This document shows positions 31,354 through 40,969 of a stretch of 64,000 nt of DNA, in pieces. Made by a program: the position numbers and the translations under genes. Source of the DNA: Calditrichia bacterium (GTDB lineage Bacteria > Calditrichota > Calditrichia > JAJRVZ01); NCBI GenBank assembly GCA_963712885.1, contig CAVQJT010000014.1:23707-87706 (forward strand), written 5' to 3'. The stretch's first letter is position 1. Each line of letters begins with the position of its first letter. A model generated the notes under the pieces. It was given only the letters and a program-made list of their open reading frames with translations. It did not search any database and was not told the DNA's origin.

Positions 31354-32648
31354 TATGCAAACTCCTTTTTTATGTCTGATCTTTTATCTTTGCCTGCACC
31401 AAAAGAATTATTAAGCAGATCCGCTAAATCCAGACCTGTCGCAGTCTTAAGTTGCTCGATAATCGATATCGCCGAATTGGTAACATTCTTGACATGGGCG
31501 GGTAATCCGTTTCCGTTTCCTGAGTCGATCACAGTTACTTTTTCAATATGCAGATTATCCGCGACCACACGGGTTACCTTATCGAGTAATTCGGGAAACA
31601 TTTGCAGATAAAACAGATCCTTTGTCTTGCCTTCCTGCCATTGCTCCTGCATCATGCGGATGGCCTCGGCGGTTGCTTTACCGTTTTCCAGAATCCGGGA
31701 GGCCTCACCGACTGACTTAAGTTCGGAGGCTTCTTTTTCAGCCTGCGCCGGAATAATTACATCTGCCTCATACTTTTTACGATTCAGGTCGATTCGCTTC
31801 AGTTGCATTTGGTTCTCTTCTTCCACCCTGGCTATTTCCCGTGCGATCTTTGCCCGTTCTTCGGCCCGGTTGGATTTCAGAGCGAGCTCAGCTCGGTGTA
31901 CCGCCAGTTTATTTTCTGCCTGGATTATCTCTTCCTGTGCCTTTGCCTCGGCTACCCGTGCAATACGGAGCTGTTCGGAAGATATTTTACTTGCCTCGGC
32001 TTCGGCTGTGGCTTCGGCGATTTTGGCGTCTTTCAGTATATCTGCGTTTTTTTTGCGACCGATGGCTTCGAGATAACCGTGATCATCATAGATGGTTTGA
32101 ATTTTAAAAAAATCCAGCAAAATACCAAGCTTTTTTAAGTCACTGCGTGCATCCTCGATAACCTTCTCCGCCAATTTAAGGCGTTCACTGTTTGCCTCTT
32201 CCGGTGTAACCGTTGCCAATACACCCCGCAGACTACCCTCAATGGTCTGTTTGGCAATCTGGGCCACCTCGTTCAGGTTTTTTCCGAGAAAACGTTCAAT
32301 CGCGTTATTCAATCCATCTGCCTGACCACCGGCAATTTTGATATTTGCCCGACACTCGATATTTACCGGAATGATTCCTTTGCACAGGGCTTTATTCAGG
32401 TTGATTTCGACCGGAATAGCGGTGAGTGGTATGCGCTTAATTGATTCGATGATGGGTATCTTGAAGCCGCGCCCGCCGCGAATAATACGGTATCCAATTT
32501 CGTTTCCGTCCGGCAATTTATGATGCCGACCTGAAATAATCACAACCTCATTAGGCTGGCAGATTACCAGATTTGCTTTGATAAATACAATTAGCAACAT
32601 AAGGCCGGTAATTGTACAGATTATGATGATTCCTATCATATCAGCCAT
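31353..32648 (-). CDS. Flotillin-like SPFH/band-7 protein (YqiK/FloT type)
   Basis: N-terminal TM segment, SPFH core, and a long Ala/Glu-rich coiled coil. Confidence 0.8.
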   Translation of the reverse strand: MADMIGIIIICTITGLMLLIVFIKANLVICQPNEVVIISGRHHKLPDGNEIGYRIIRGGRGFKIPIIESIKRIPLTAIPVEINLNKALCKGIIPVNIECRANIKIAGGQADGLNNAIERFLGKNLNEVAQIAKQTIEGSLRGVLATVTPEEANSERLKLAEKVIEDARSDLKKLGILLDFFKIQTIYDDHGYLEAIGRKKNADILKDAKIAEATAEAEASKISSEQLRIARVAEAKAQEEIIQAENKLAVHRAELALKSNRAEERAKIAREIARVEEENQMQLKRIDLNRKKYEADVIIPAQAEKEASELKSVGEASRILENGKATAEAIRMMQEQWQEGKTKDLFYLQMFPELLDKVTRVVADNLHIEKVTVIDSGNGNGLPAHVKNVTNSAISIIEQLKTATGLDLADLLNNSFGAGKDKRSDIKKEFA

Positions 32649-32665
32649 ATTATGACTCCTTCGAT

Positions 32666-34102
32666 TTAAACGTCGTAGTACAGGGCAAATTCGCCGGGGT
32701 GGGGACGCAAGCGCATATAATCCACCTCGTTTGCCCGTTTATAGTCGATATAAATTGTTATCAGATCTTCGGTAAAGACATCACCCTTTAACAGAAATTC
32801 GTGGTCCCGCTCAAGTGCATCGATGGCTTCATCGAGTGAACCGGGTGTATTCCGGATCAGCTTTGCCTGCTCTTCCGGCAAATGATAGATATCCTGATCG
32901 AGGGCAGGTGGTGGTGTAATGCGCCGTTCGATACCATCGATGCCCGCCATCAGGATCGATGCGAAGGCGAGATATGGGTTACAGGATGGATCCGGTGTAC
33001 GGAATTCAACCCGCTTGGCTTTACGGCTGTTGGTCATTGGAATGCGCACACAGGCGCTGCGGTTCCGTTGAGAAAATAACAGATTTATCGGTGCCTCATA
33101 TCCGGGCACAAGCCGGCGGTAGGAGTTGGTCGTCGGAGCACAGAAAGCACATAACGCCGGGGCATGATGCAAAAGGCCTCCGATAAAATACAGGGCCATT
33201 TCACTCAGATCCGCATAATTGCCGGCCTGATAGAACAGATTTTCATTTTCTTTCCAAAGGCTGACATGAACGTGCATGCCGGATCCGTTGTCCTGAAAAA
33301 GCGGCTTGGGCATAAAGGTCACCGTTTTCTTATAGCGCCAGGCCACATTCTTGATGACATATTTATATTTCAAAGCCCGGTCTCCCATGAGGACCATCGT
33401 GTTATGGGTGATACCGATTTCAGATTGACCGCCGGAAGCGACTTCATGATGATGGACCTCGGCTTCGACACCCACCGATCTCAGAACGGTGACCATTTTC
33501 GATCTGAGATTCTGGTAACTATCAACCGGTGGAGCAGGGAAATAGCCCCCTTTTTGACGCGGACGGTATCCGAGATTGGGCTCATGATTTCTGCCGCTGT
33601 TCCAGGCCCCTTCAACCGAGTCAAGATGGTAGTATCCTTCATTCACGTTTTGATCAAAGCGGACATCATCGAAGATGAAAAACTCGAGTTCTGGCCCGAT
33701 ATAAGCAACTTCCGCCAGACGGGAAGTCTCCAGATACAATTCGGCACGCTGGGCGACAGCCCGGGTGTCACGGGAGTAGATCTTTTGCGAAACGGGATCC
33801 TTAATATTACACAAAAATGAAATGGTCGGATCGTCCATAAACGGATCGATAAACATAGAGGATGGCTCCGGTTTAATCAGCATATCACTCTCATGTATCC
33901 GCTGAAAACCCCGGATGGATGATCCGTCGAAGGGCACACCATGAATAAACATATCCTCTTCCAGAACCTCGATTGGAAACGTAATGTGCTGGAGGCTGCC
34001 GAGCAGATCGGCAAATTTAAGATCAACAAATTTTATGTCCTGCTCTTTGATCGTGCTGTAAATATCCCGGATGGTTACGGGCCTGTTGTTTGAATAGCGC
34101 AT
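32666..34102 (-). CDS. glnA: Glutamine synthetase type I
   Basis: GPELEFFIFD, HHHEVASGGQSEIG and KPLFQDNGSGMHVHVSLW. Confidence 0.9.
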   Translation of the reverse strand: MRYSNNRPVTIRDIYSTIKEQDIKFVDLKFADLLGSLQHITFPIEVLEEDMFIHGVPFDGSSIRGFQRIHESDMLIKPEPSSMFIDPFMDDPTISFLCNIKDPVSQKIYSRDTRAVAQRAELYLETSRLAEVAYIGPELEFFIFDDVRFDQNVNEGYYHLDSVEGAWNSGRNHEPNLGYRPRQKGGYFPAPPVDSYQNLRSKMVTVLRSVGVEAEVHHHEVASGGQSEIGITHNTMVLMGDRALKYKYVIKNVAWRYKKTVTFMPKPLFQDNGSGMHVHVSLWKENENLFYQAGNYADLSEMALYFIGGLLHHAPALCAFCAPTTNSYRRLVPGYEAPINLLFSQRNRSACVRIPMTNSRKAKRVEFRTPDPSCNPYLAFASILMAGIDGIERRITPPPALDQDIYHLPEEQAKLIRNTPGSLDEAIDALERDHEFLLKGDVFTEDLITIYIDYKRANEVDYMRLRPHPGEFALYYDV

Positions 34103-34118
34103 ATTTTCTCCGATTTAT

Positions 34119-34460
34119 TTAACCGATTGCTCTTTGTCCCCGTTCACCCGTGCGAATCCGTATGCAGTCTTCCAGCGGAGTGATGAAGATCTTGCCATCA
34201 CCGACTTCGTTTGTACGTGCCGCGCTGATGATCGCTTCGACCGTTTTTTCAACATAATCCTCATTTACCGCGATCTCCAGCCGGACTTTTTTAAGCAGGG
34301 TTACCTCCTGGTCCACGCCCCGATAGGTCTCATGATATCCTTTTTCCTCGCCACAGCCAAGGACATTACTGACGGTAATCTTGTATACCTGTGAATCGTA
34401 TAATCTTTGTTTTACAGCCGGCAGCTGGTGCGGCCGGATAATAGCGGTGATCAATTTCAT
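34119..34460 (-). CDS. PII-like nitrogen regulatory protein with non-canonical T-loop
   Basis: 113 aa aligned to GlnB, with T-loop GCGEEKGYHETYRGVDQ. It has Q at the Tyr51 position and EE in place of RQ. Confidence 0.8.
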   Translation of the reverse strand: MKLITAIIRPHQLPAVKQRLYDSQVYKITVSNVLGCGEEKGYHETYRGVDQEVTLLKKVRLEIAVNEDYVEKTVEAIISAARTNEVGDGKIFITPLEDCIRIRTGERGQRAIG

Positions 34461-34613
34461 AATATACCTCTTGTTCCTTTACCTTAAAATGAACCACGGA
34501 TCTACATGGAAAAAAACGCAATCATATAAAGTATAATACAGGTACTTATCGTTTGATATTTGTGGGCTCCGTGTCCTTCTGTGGTTTTTCATTGAATTGT
34601 TACGCATATCGGA

Positions 34614-35924
34614 TCACTCGGTGGTGAAGATCTGGAATCCGCTGTAGGATTCCATGCCGTGTTCACCGATATCCAGTCCCTGCAATTCTTCTTTTTCAGA
34701 TACCCTCAGACCGACAAGGGCATCGATGGTTTTAAAAACAATCCACATCGAACCAGCCACAAATAGGGCCACAGATAAAGCGCCGAGCGCCTGTATTGCC
34801 AGCTGCAGAACACCGCCGCCATAAAACAGCCCGTCACGCGGTGCGCCCAGGGTCGTCTGGCCGAAAATACCCACGGCAAGGGTACCCCATAAGCCGTTTA
34901 ATCCATGTACCGGAAAGGCGCCTACCGGATCGTCAATTCTCAGACGATCCAACCAGATCACACAAAAAATACACAGTATACCACCGATGGCGCCGATGAA
35001 TATTGCGCTGATCGGAGTAACCACGGCACAGGGAGCGGTGATTGCCACGAGGCCGGCCAGGGCACCGTTGAGTGTGAGGGCCAGGTCCGGTTTACCAAAT
35101 TTTGCCCAGATGGTGATCATGGCAGCTATGACCCCGCTGGCGGCGGCCAGACTGGTGTTGATGGTGATGCGGGCGACCTGTACCGGGTCGGCAAAACCCA
35201 GTGTGGAACCCGGATTGAAACCAAACCAGCCGAACCACAGGATGAAGACGCCGAGGGTGACCAACGGAATATTATGTCCGGCAATAAAATTCGGTGCACC
35301 GTCACTGTTAAATTTTCCGATCCGCGGTTTGATCAGAAGTGTGCCGATCAATGCCGCCGAGCCACCGGTAAGATGCACGACACTGGATCCGGCAAAATCA
35401 TGATATTGCAGTCCGGCCAGCCAGCCGCCACCCCAGATCCAGTGCCCGATAACCGGATATATAAAGGCTGAAATGATGAACGAATAAAATAAGTAAGCGG
35501 TAAATTTCATCCGCTCAGCCACTCCGCCGGCAACAATCGTTGCCGCCGCACCGCAAAAAGCGGCCTGGAAAAACCAGAAGGCATGCAACGGGATCCCCGG
35601 AATGGATTCGGCACCGAGAAGGAACCAACCGGTGGTACCGAACAGCGCGTCTGTTCCCCCAAACATAATGGCATAACCAAAAATAAAAAATCCCAATGAT
35701 GCGATACAGAAATCGAGAAGGTTTTTCATCAGGATATTGGCTGCGTTTTTTGCCCGGATCAGCCCGGCTTCGAGCATGCCAAACCCGGCCTGCATAAAAA
35801 AGACCAGAAATCCGGAAAGCAAAACCCAGAGTGTGCCGAGCGCGTCGAAATGATCACCTTCACCGGCCCAGACCATTTGTGGGGCTAAAATAAACAAGAG
35901 AAGTATAAACAAAATACGATACAT
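34614..35924 (-). CDS. amtB: Ammonium transporter
   Basis: Amt family TM pattern with FFMQAGFGMLEAG. Confidence 0.9.
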   Translation of the reverse strand: MYRILFILLLFILAPQMVWAGEGDHFDALGTLWVLLSGFLVFFMQAGFGMLEAGLIRAKNAANILMKNLLDFCIASLGFFIFGYAIMFGGTDALFGTTGWFLLGAESIPGIPLHAFWFFQAAFCGAAATIVAGGVAERMKFTAYLFYSFIISAFIYPVIGHWIWGGGWLAGLQYHDFAGSSVVHLTGGSAALIGTLLIKPRIGKFNSDGAPNFIAGHNIPLVTLGVFILWFGWFGFNPGSTLGFADPVQVARITINTSLAAASGVIAAMITIWAKFGKPDLALTLNGALAGLVAITAPCAVVTPISAIFIGAIGGILCIFCVIWLDRLRIDDPVGAFPVHGLNGLWGTLAVGIFGQTTLGAPRDGLFYGGGVLQLAIQALGALSVALFVAGSMWIVFKTIDALVGLRVSEKEELQGLDIGEHGMESYSGFQIFTTE

Positions 35925-36720
35925 ATACTCACCTTATTTTGTTAAATAGAATGAGATAAATACATTAATTAATTAAAAAGAGTGGACAAAATACGTAATA
36001 AATTAATGCTATGTCAAGGGTAGAGTTAAAAAAACTTAAATAAATTAAAATGATCAATTAAATTTAGAAGACAACACCACTTTGCTTATATTTTGCCCCA
36101 TGATTACGGGAATAATCGACCGCACATTTTCATTAATACGTAAACAGGGAACGTCAATGAGGCAGATCTAATAGAACAGCTGCACCCATTCTGCTGAAGG
36201 TACACTGGTCTATCTTAATGGCGGAAACAATCTTAATACCGTCCTTAATCGAGTGGAGCCAAACGGCGGAAAGGTCTTATTGCCAAAAACAAGAATTTCA
36301 GCAGAACATGGCTATTTTGCTCATTTCCCGCATACAGAAGGCAATAAACTTGGTCTCTATTCCATGAAATAGTTTTTAAATCCGCATGATGGGTAAAAGG
36401 ATAAAAAAGACCCCTGATACATTTTATTTTCCTGCCGGGTGTCACAGAAGAACTTCCGACCGGCAACGCACCAATCTTTAATAATTATCTCATGCAAATT
36501 CCAGAGAGTCTATTGATGATTTTATTATCTGCTATTAGATTTATAAAAATCATTTAGATCATTTGGACCTGCCGATATTTCTTTAGCGTATAGCGTAGTA
36601 TATTGTCGACGGTAATTTGGGATTTGTTTCTTCGAAGGAATCCTTTGGAGGAATTTGAAACTTGGAAATTGGAATTTTATTTAATATTGAACAATTAAAA
36701 TATACGGTTACCGAAAAGTT

Positions 36721-37821
36721 ATGTCTGAAAAATATTTTGGCGTTTTAAAATGTCTTCCCCGGGGCGGTGGATTCTTAAGAAATCCTGAAAATTCTTACCG
36801 GCCGGAAGCAAATAACCCCTGGGTTTCACCTAATTTAATACGTGGCTTTGGATTGGTGGACGGAGCCGGTGTCGAAGGTACCGTGAAAAGCAGTCCCAAG
36901 GGTTGGCAGCTCGATACGGTCGAAAAAATTTGCGGATTGCCACCCGCTGAATTCAAATTGCGGATCAGATTTGACCGTCTGTCAGCCATTGATCCCAGAG
37001 CAAGGATCAGGCTGGGAGCGGGCGGCAATAAATCCATGCGGATCATTGAGATGATCGCACCGATCGGCAAAGGAACGCGTGGCCTGATCGTTGCGCCACC
37101 AAAATCCGGAAAGACACAATTGCTGGAAGAAATGGCTGTCGCCATTCATCAGACCGAACCTGACTGCCGGATTATTGTGCTGCTCATCGATGAGCGACCG
37201 GAAGAGGTCACACATTTCCGCCGCCAGGTACCCGCCGAGGTTTTGTCCAGCTCGAGTGACCAAGATATGGATTCGCATGTCAACCTGGCTGAACTTACCC
37301 TGGCGCACATCCGGTGTGAGCTGGAGAGTGGCCGCGATGTTATTGTTTTGGTCGACAGTATCACCCGGCTGGCGCGGGCTTTCAACCGCCACGGTAAAAG
37401 TTCCGGGAGAACAATGACCGGCGGACTGGATGCCCGGGCAATGGAAATTCCAAGACGCTTTTTTGGTCTTGCCCGAAACGCGGAAAACGGCGGATCGGTG
37501 ACAGTCATTGCGACCGCGCAGGTCGATACCGGCTCCCGGATGGATAATTTTATCTTTGAGGAGTTTAAGAGCACCGGCAACAGCGAAATCGTGCTTGACC
37601 GCACACTGGCCGAAGCCCGGATTTTTCCGGCAATAAATCTGCTTGCCAGCGGCACCCGAAAAGAGGAATTACTGTATAGCGCCGAGGAAATCGATCAGCT
37701 GGCAAAGATGCGTCGATGGCTGATGCAATATGATCCAAAAGAAGCCATGCAGGGTTTATTAAAATTGGTGCAGGCTACAAAAACGAATACCGAGGTTTTA
37801 ATGATGCTGGATAAGGTCTGA
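36721..37821 (+). CDS. rho: Transcription termination factor Rho
   Basis: OB domain FGVLKCLPRGGGFLR and Walker A IAPIGKGTRGLIVAPPKSGKT. It lacks the N-terminal helical subdomain. Confidence 0.85.
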   Translation: MSEKYFGVLKCLPRGGGFLRNPENSYRPEANNPWVSPNLIRGFGLVDGAGVEGTVKSSPKGWQLDTVEKICGLPPAEFKLRIRFDRLSAIDPRARIRLGAGGNKSMRIIEMIAPIGKGTRGLIVAPPKSGKTQLLEEMAVAIHQTEPDCRIIVLLIDERPEEVTHFRRQVPAEVLSSSSDQDMDSHVNLAELTLAHIRCELESGRDVIVLVDSITRLARAFNRHGKSSGRTMTGGLDARAMEIPRRFFGLARNAENGGSVTVIATAQVDTGSRMDNFIFEEFKSTGNSEIVLDRTLAEARIFPAINLLASGTRKEELLYSAEEIDQLAKMRRWLMQYDPKEAMQGLLKLVQATKTNTEVLMMLDKV

Positions 37822-37898
37822 TTTCTTCTCCGCCCGGATTCCGCTTACAATTTACCCGGTCATCCGGGAAAATATACGTCTTCAAATATTTCAGAACA

Positions 37899-39245
37899 CT
37901 ATTTCATCAACATTATTTTCTTCGACGAAATTTGATCATTTAATCGTAATGTGACAAAATAAATGCCCGTTGGGGTTAAAAAACCATTCTGGTCAGAAGC
38001 CAGCCATCGATGTGTATATGTGCCGGGTGGCATAGATTGGTTTACCAGAGTCGAGACCATCCTGCCCTGAATGTCGTAGATTTCCAGGACAACCCGACCC
38101 GCTTGATCTACCCTGTATTCGATCGTGGTTGTTGCATTAAAGGGATTGGGGTAATTTTTGAGGAGTCCGAAATCACGGTTTCTTGAAAAACCTTCAGCGA
38201 TTGGTTGAATGGCCGTAACCTGATCGACCATGGTCACCAGAGCGGCCAGGGTCAATCGGGTGATCTTTGTGACCTGTTGATAATTCACTTTTTCCGGTGT
38301 ATCTGATTGGTAGTGGTAAAACGGATTCAGGTTGTACCAGGGTAAATTGTTTTCCCAGGGGGGTGCATTCTCGATCAGGAGAATAGCTTTGTAATTATAG
38401 GCCCAGAAGCGATCGTGATCGGAATATGTGGCATAGGGAAACGGTTCAGCGTTGGAATTGATCCCGATCTGGTATATATCCCTTGCTTCCAGCATGACTT
38501 GTCCTAATTCCACCGAGTTAGTATTTGATACGATATTGAAATAATTATTACCGGTATCATTAAATCCAAACATATCCAGAATAAAGGTGCCGGCAATATA
38601 GTCCTTTTTCTGAAACGCATGGAGAACGAATTTTCCACTTCCCTGATGTCCATTCCCGTACACCGGATGACTTTCCTCAGCCCCAAAGGCGATAAACTTA
38701 ATCGTAGCGGGTGGCGTAAAATTGTTTGCAGGATCTGCAAGAACACGGGCAATCTCCAGCATGGCGGCAACACCGCTTGCATTATCATCGGCACCCGGTG
38801 CTTTAGCGTTCATCCAATCGATTTCCCATACAAGCGTTTTATCCCGGTTGGCGGTGGTATCAAAATGACCACCGATTACAAAATAAACCGTCGAATCAAT
38901 ACTTCCTTTTATTGTACCGATAACGTTGACCAACTGGATGGTATCATACGGTGCGGTAGCACCGAAAACATAAAAGGGTTCAAATTGCACCCGTTCATTG
39001 CCCAGATAGCGGGCAAGTGTATTTGCGATATAATTAGCTGCCCATTCATTTCCCGCAGTAAATGATACCCGGGATTGATAACCGCCGGCATCTGCCAGAT
39101 TTTCTATATGCATTTTTATACTATCCTGGGAAACCAGATTGAGTAGCCGTGCAATATCAGGATCATATACACCGGTTAAATCAGATTGTGACCAGAGTGG
39201 CGTGGAAAAAATTAATATGGCAATAAGAATAAGGATATTTTTCAT
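37899..39245 (-). CDS. M28 family aminopeptidase with T9SS type-A C-terminal sorting domain
   Basis: GGHFDTT, DDNASGVAAMLEIARVL, and a C-terminal KNYPNPFNATTTIEY...GIYFVTLRL...KIMLMK. Confidence 0.8.
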   Translation of the reverse strand: MKNILILIAILIFSTPLWSQSDLTGVYDPDIARLLNLVSQDSIKMHIENLADAGGYQSRVSFTAGNEWAANYIANTLARYLGNERVQFEPFYVFGATAPYDTIQLVNVIGTIKGSIDSTVYFVIGGHFDTTANRDKTLVWEIDWMNAKAPGADDNASGVAAMLEIARVLADPANNFTPPATIKFIAFGAEESHPVYGNGHQGSGKFVLHAFQKKDYIAGTFILDMFGFNDTGNNYFNIVSNTNSVELGQVMLEARDIYQIGINSNAEPFPYATYSDHDRFWAYNYKAILLIENAPPWENNLPWYNLNPFYHYQSDTPEKVNYQQVTKITRLTLAALVTMVDQVTAIQPIAEGFSRNRDFGLLKNYPNPFNATTTIEYRVDQAGRVVLEIYDIQGRMVSTLVNQSMPPGTYTHRWLASDQNGFLTPTGIYFVTLRLNDQISSKKIMLMK

Positions 39246-39362
39246 GGGACTGAATGAATGATTTATTTGCGTATTAAAACAGGTGTTTAAAGTAAGGATC
39301 TAATACAAAAACGGGGCTTTGTTCCCTTTATATGAGAACCCAGCCCCGTTCGATACGGAATC

Positions 39363-40862
39363 TTATCGGGTAAGTATCATTTTTCTGACCGATTTCATAC
39401 TGCCGGCGGTTAGTTGATAAAAATAGATACCGCTGGGTAATTTACCGGCATCAAAATCAACTTTATATGATCCGGGGGTCATAGAGCCCGAAATCAATGT
39501 GGATACCCGCTGTCCGAGGGCATTATAAATTTCCAGGGTTACAAATTCTCTTTTTGTCAGTTCAAATTCAATGATCGTATTCGGATTAAAGGGGTTGGGG
39601 TAGTTCTGTTTGAGTTCAAAATTTTCAGGTATATATTCGCTGATCTGTTCAACCGAATTAACGATACTTCCCAGGTCTCCGTCAAAAATCCACTTTTCAA
39701 CGGCCCAACCGTAATAACTCTGGGTATAGACCGCATCTTCCTCGGATTCGACATCTACATCGGTGACCGAGGTATAGCCACCGACCCGTCCGTTGCCTGA
39801 TCCAGTGTCGTAAGCACCCGATATTAACAAATTCCATTCCGCAATATCGATTGTATCATTTACGCTTCCCCATTGAGCATCCAGTACATAGATACGACCG
39901 TAGGAATAACCTCCTGTGGCACCGATTCCCAGAAATGTATCGGCTACGGCATAAACCAGAGGCGGATCATCCATGTAGGCCAGTCCCAAAACGGTGGGGG
40001 TACCGCTACCGCCGTTGCCGACCGTATCGTCTTCGGCCAGAGCAAAGGCAAAATTATCATCCTGAGTATACCCGGTAGTCGGATCTCCCGTATATCTCAT
40101 GACACTTCTCTCACTGGAAACACCGACATACAGCGCGGTTCCGTCGCCACTCACCGTCAGCCCCTGGTAGATACCGGGAGGTAAATCAAGCGTGGTAACC
40201 GGGGTGTCATTATGACCGTTAAACTCTCCCCAGGTCGTATTTGGTGCATCGATTCCGGCAAATACTTTAAGTTCGTCGGTCTTGTTGTCCGTTCCTTCAT
40301 AATCGAGTACGTATACATAACCGGCGGTGTCTACCTCGATTGCGTAGATTATTTCTGACCCGGTTTCCATGCGATTGGGGCTGGCAACCAGTCCATCGGC
40401 GGTCAATTCAAAAACGAGAATGTTGTGAGATTCATCGTTGTTAGCAACATATACAAATCCGTTATTGTCGGCGGCCAGTTGCCAGGCTCCTTTTAGGGTG
40501 ACCTGATCAAGGACATATTCCCATGAAGTGAACTGGCCCGAACTGTTATATTCCGGTATTGTCTGAGAACCATTAATTGGGGAAAGAACCCGTCCCGATC
40601 CGGAATCGGCATCCCAGTAACCGACCAGATAGCAACTGGAAGGATTAAAGAGATTCTCCGGAGTCAGATCAGCCGGCGTTTCAGTTACAAGGGCAACAAA
40701 CCGGTTAGGTCCGATCACACCGACACTGGAGGTCTGATATCCGGTTCCGTTATCACTATCATCAAAGGTGGCATAATCTGTAACCCATTCATTGGTTTGG
40801 GCAAATACAAATGTTAAAGAAAATAGAAAGATAAGACAGAGTTTTGGTAACGAAATACGCAT
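39363..40862 (-). CDS. Secreted hypothetical protein with T9SS type-A C-terminal sorting domain
   Basis: Signal peptide and C-terminal KQNYPNPFNPNTIIEF...GIYFYQLTAG...KMILTR. Confidence 0.7.
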   Translation of the reverse strand: MRISLPKLCLIFLFSLTFVFAQTNEWVTDYATFDDSDNGTGYQTSSVGVIGPNRFVALVTETPADLTPENLFNPSSCYLVGYWDADSGSGRVLSPINGSQTIPEYNSSGQFTSWEYVLDQVTLKGAWQLAADNNGFVYVANNDESHNILVFELTADGLVASPNRMETGSEIIYAIEVDTAGYVYVLDYEGTDNKTDELKVFAGIDAPNTTWGEFNGHNDTPVTTLDLPPGIYQGLTVSGDGTALYVGVSSERSVMRYTGDPTTGYTQDDNFAFALAEDDTVGNGGSGTPTVLGLAYMDDPPLVYAVADTFLGIGATGGYSYGRIYVLDAQWGSVNDTIDIAEWNLLISGAYDTGSGNGRVGGYTSVTDVDVESEEDAVYTQSYYGWAVEKWIFDGDLGSIVNSVEQISEYIPENFELKQNYPNPFNPNTIIEFELTKREFVTLEIYNALGQRVSTLISGSMTPGSYKVDFDAGKLPSGIYFYQLTAGSMKSVRKMILTR

Positions 40863-40969
40863 AAATTTCTCCTTTTGTTTGGCTATACGATGAATTTTTA
40901 TTCAAGTGAAAGCATAAAAAAAAGTGCCTGAAATGCAAGCAAAGATTTCAGGCACCGCTCAGAAAAATA

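Noticed and set aside
31627-32138. Cluster of overlapping plus-strand ORFs (88-149 aa), Ala/Ser/Arg-rich
   Set aside because: They are antisense to the GC-skewed Ala/Glu coiled-coil codons of the flotillin gene. This is a typical shadow ORF artefact.
35925-36720. Possible glutamine riboswitch or other cis-RNA in the ~800 bp leader upstream of amtB
   Set aside because: There is a GGACGG-containing stretch, but I could not reconstruct the glnA-motif pairing. Only a TTGACA-N18-TATTTT promoter-like pair is evident. It needs an Infernal scan.
36721-37821. N-terminally truncated Rho as a possible additional frameshift
   Set aside because: The upstream sequence has no recognisable Rho N-terminal helical-domain coding in any frame. 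A short Rho starting at the OB fold is plausible, so it is not counted among the frameshifts.
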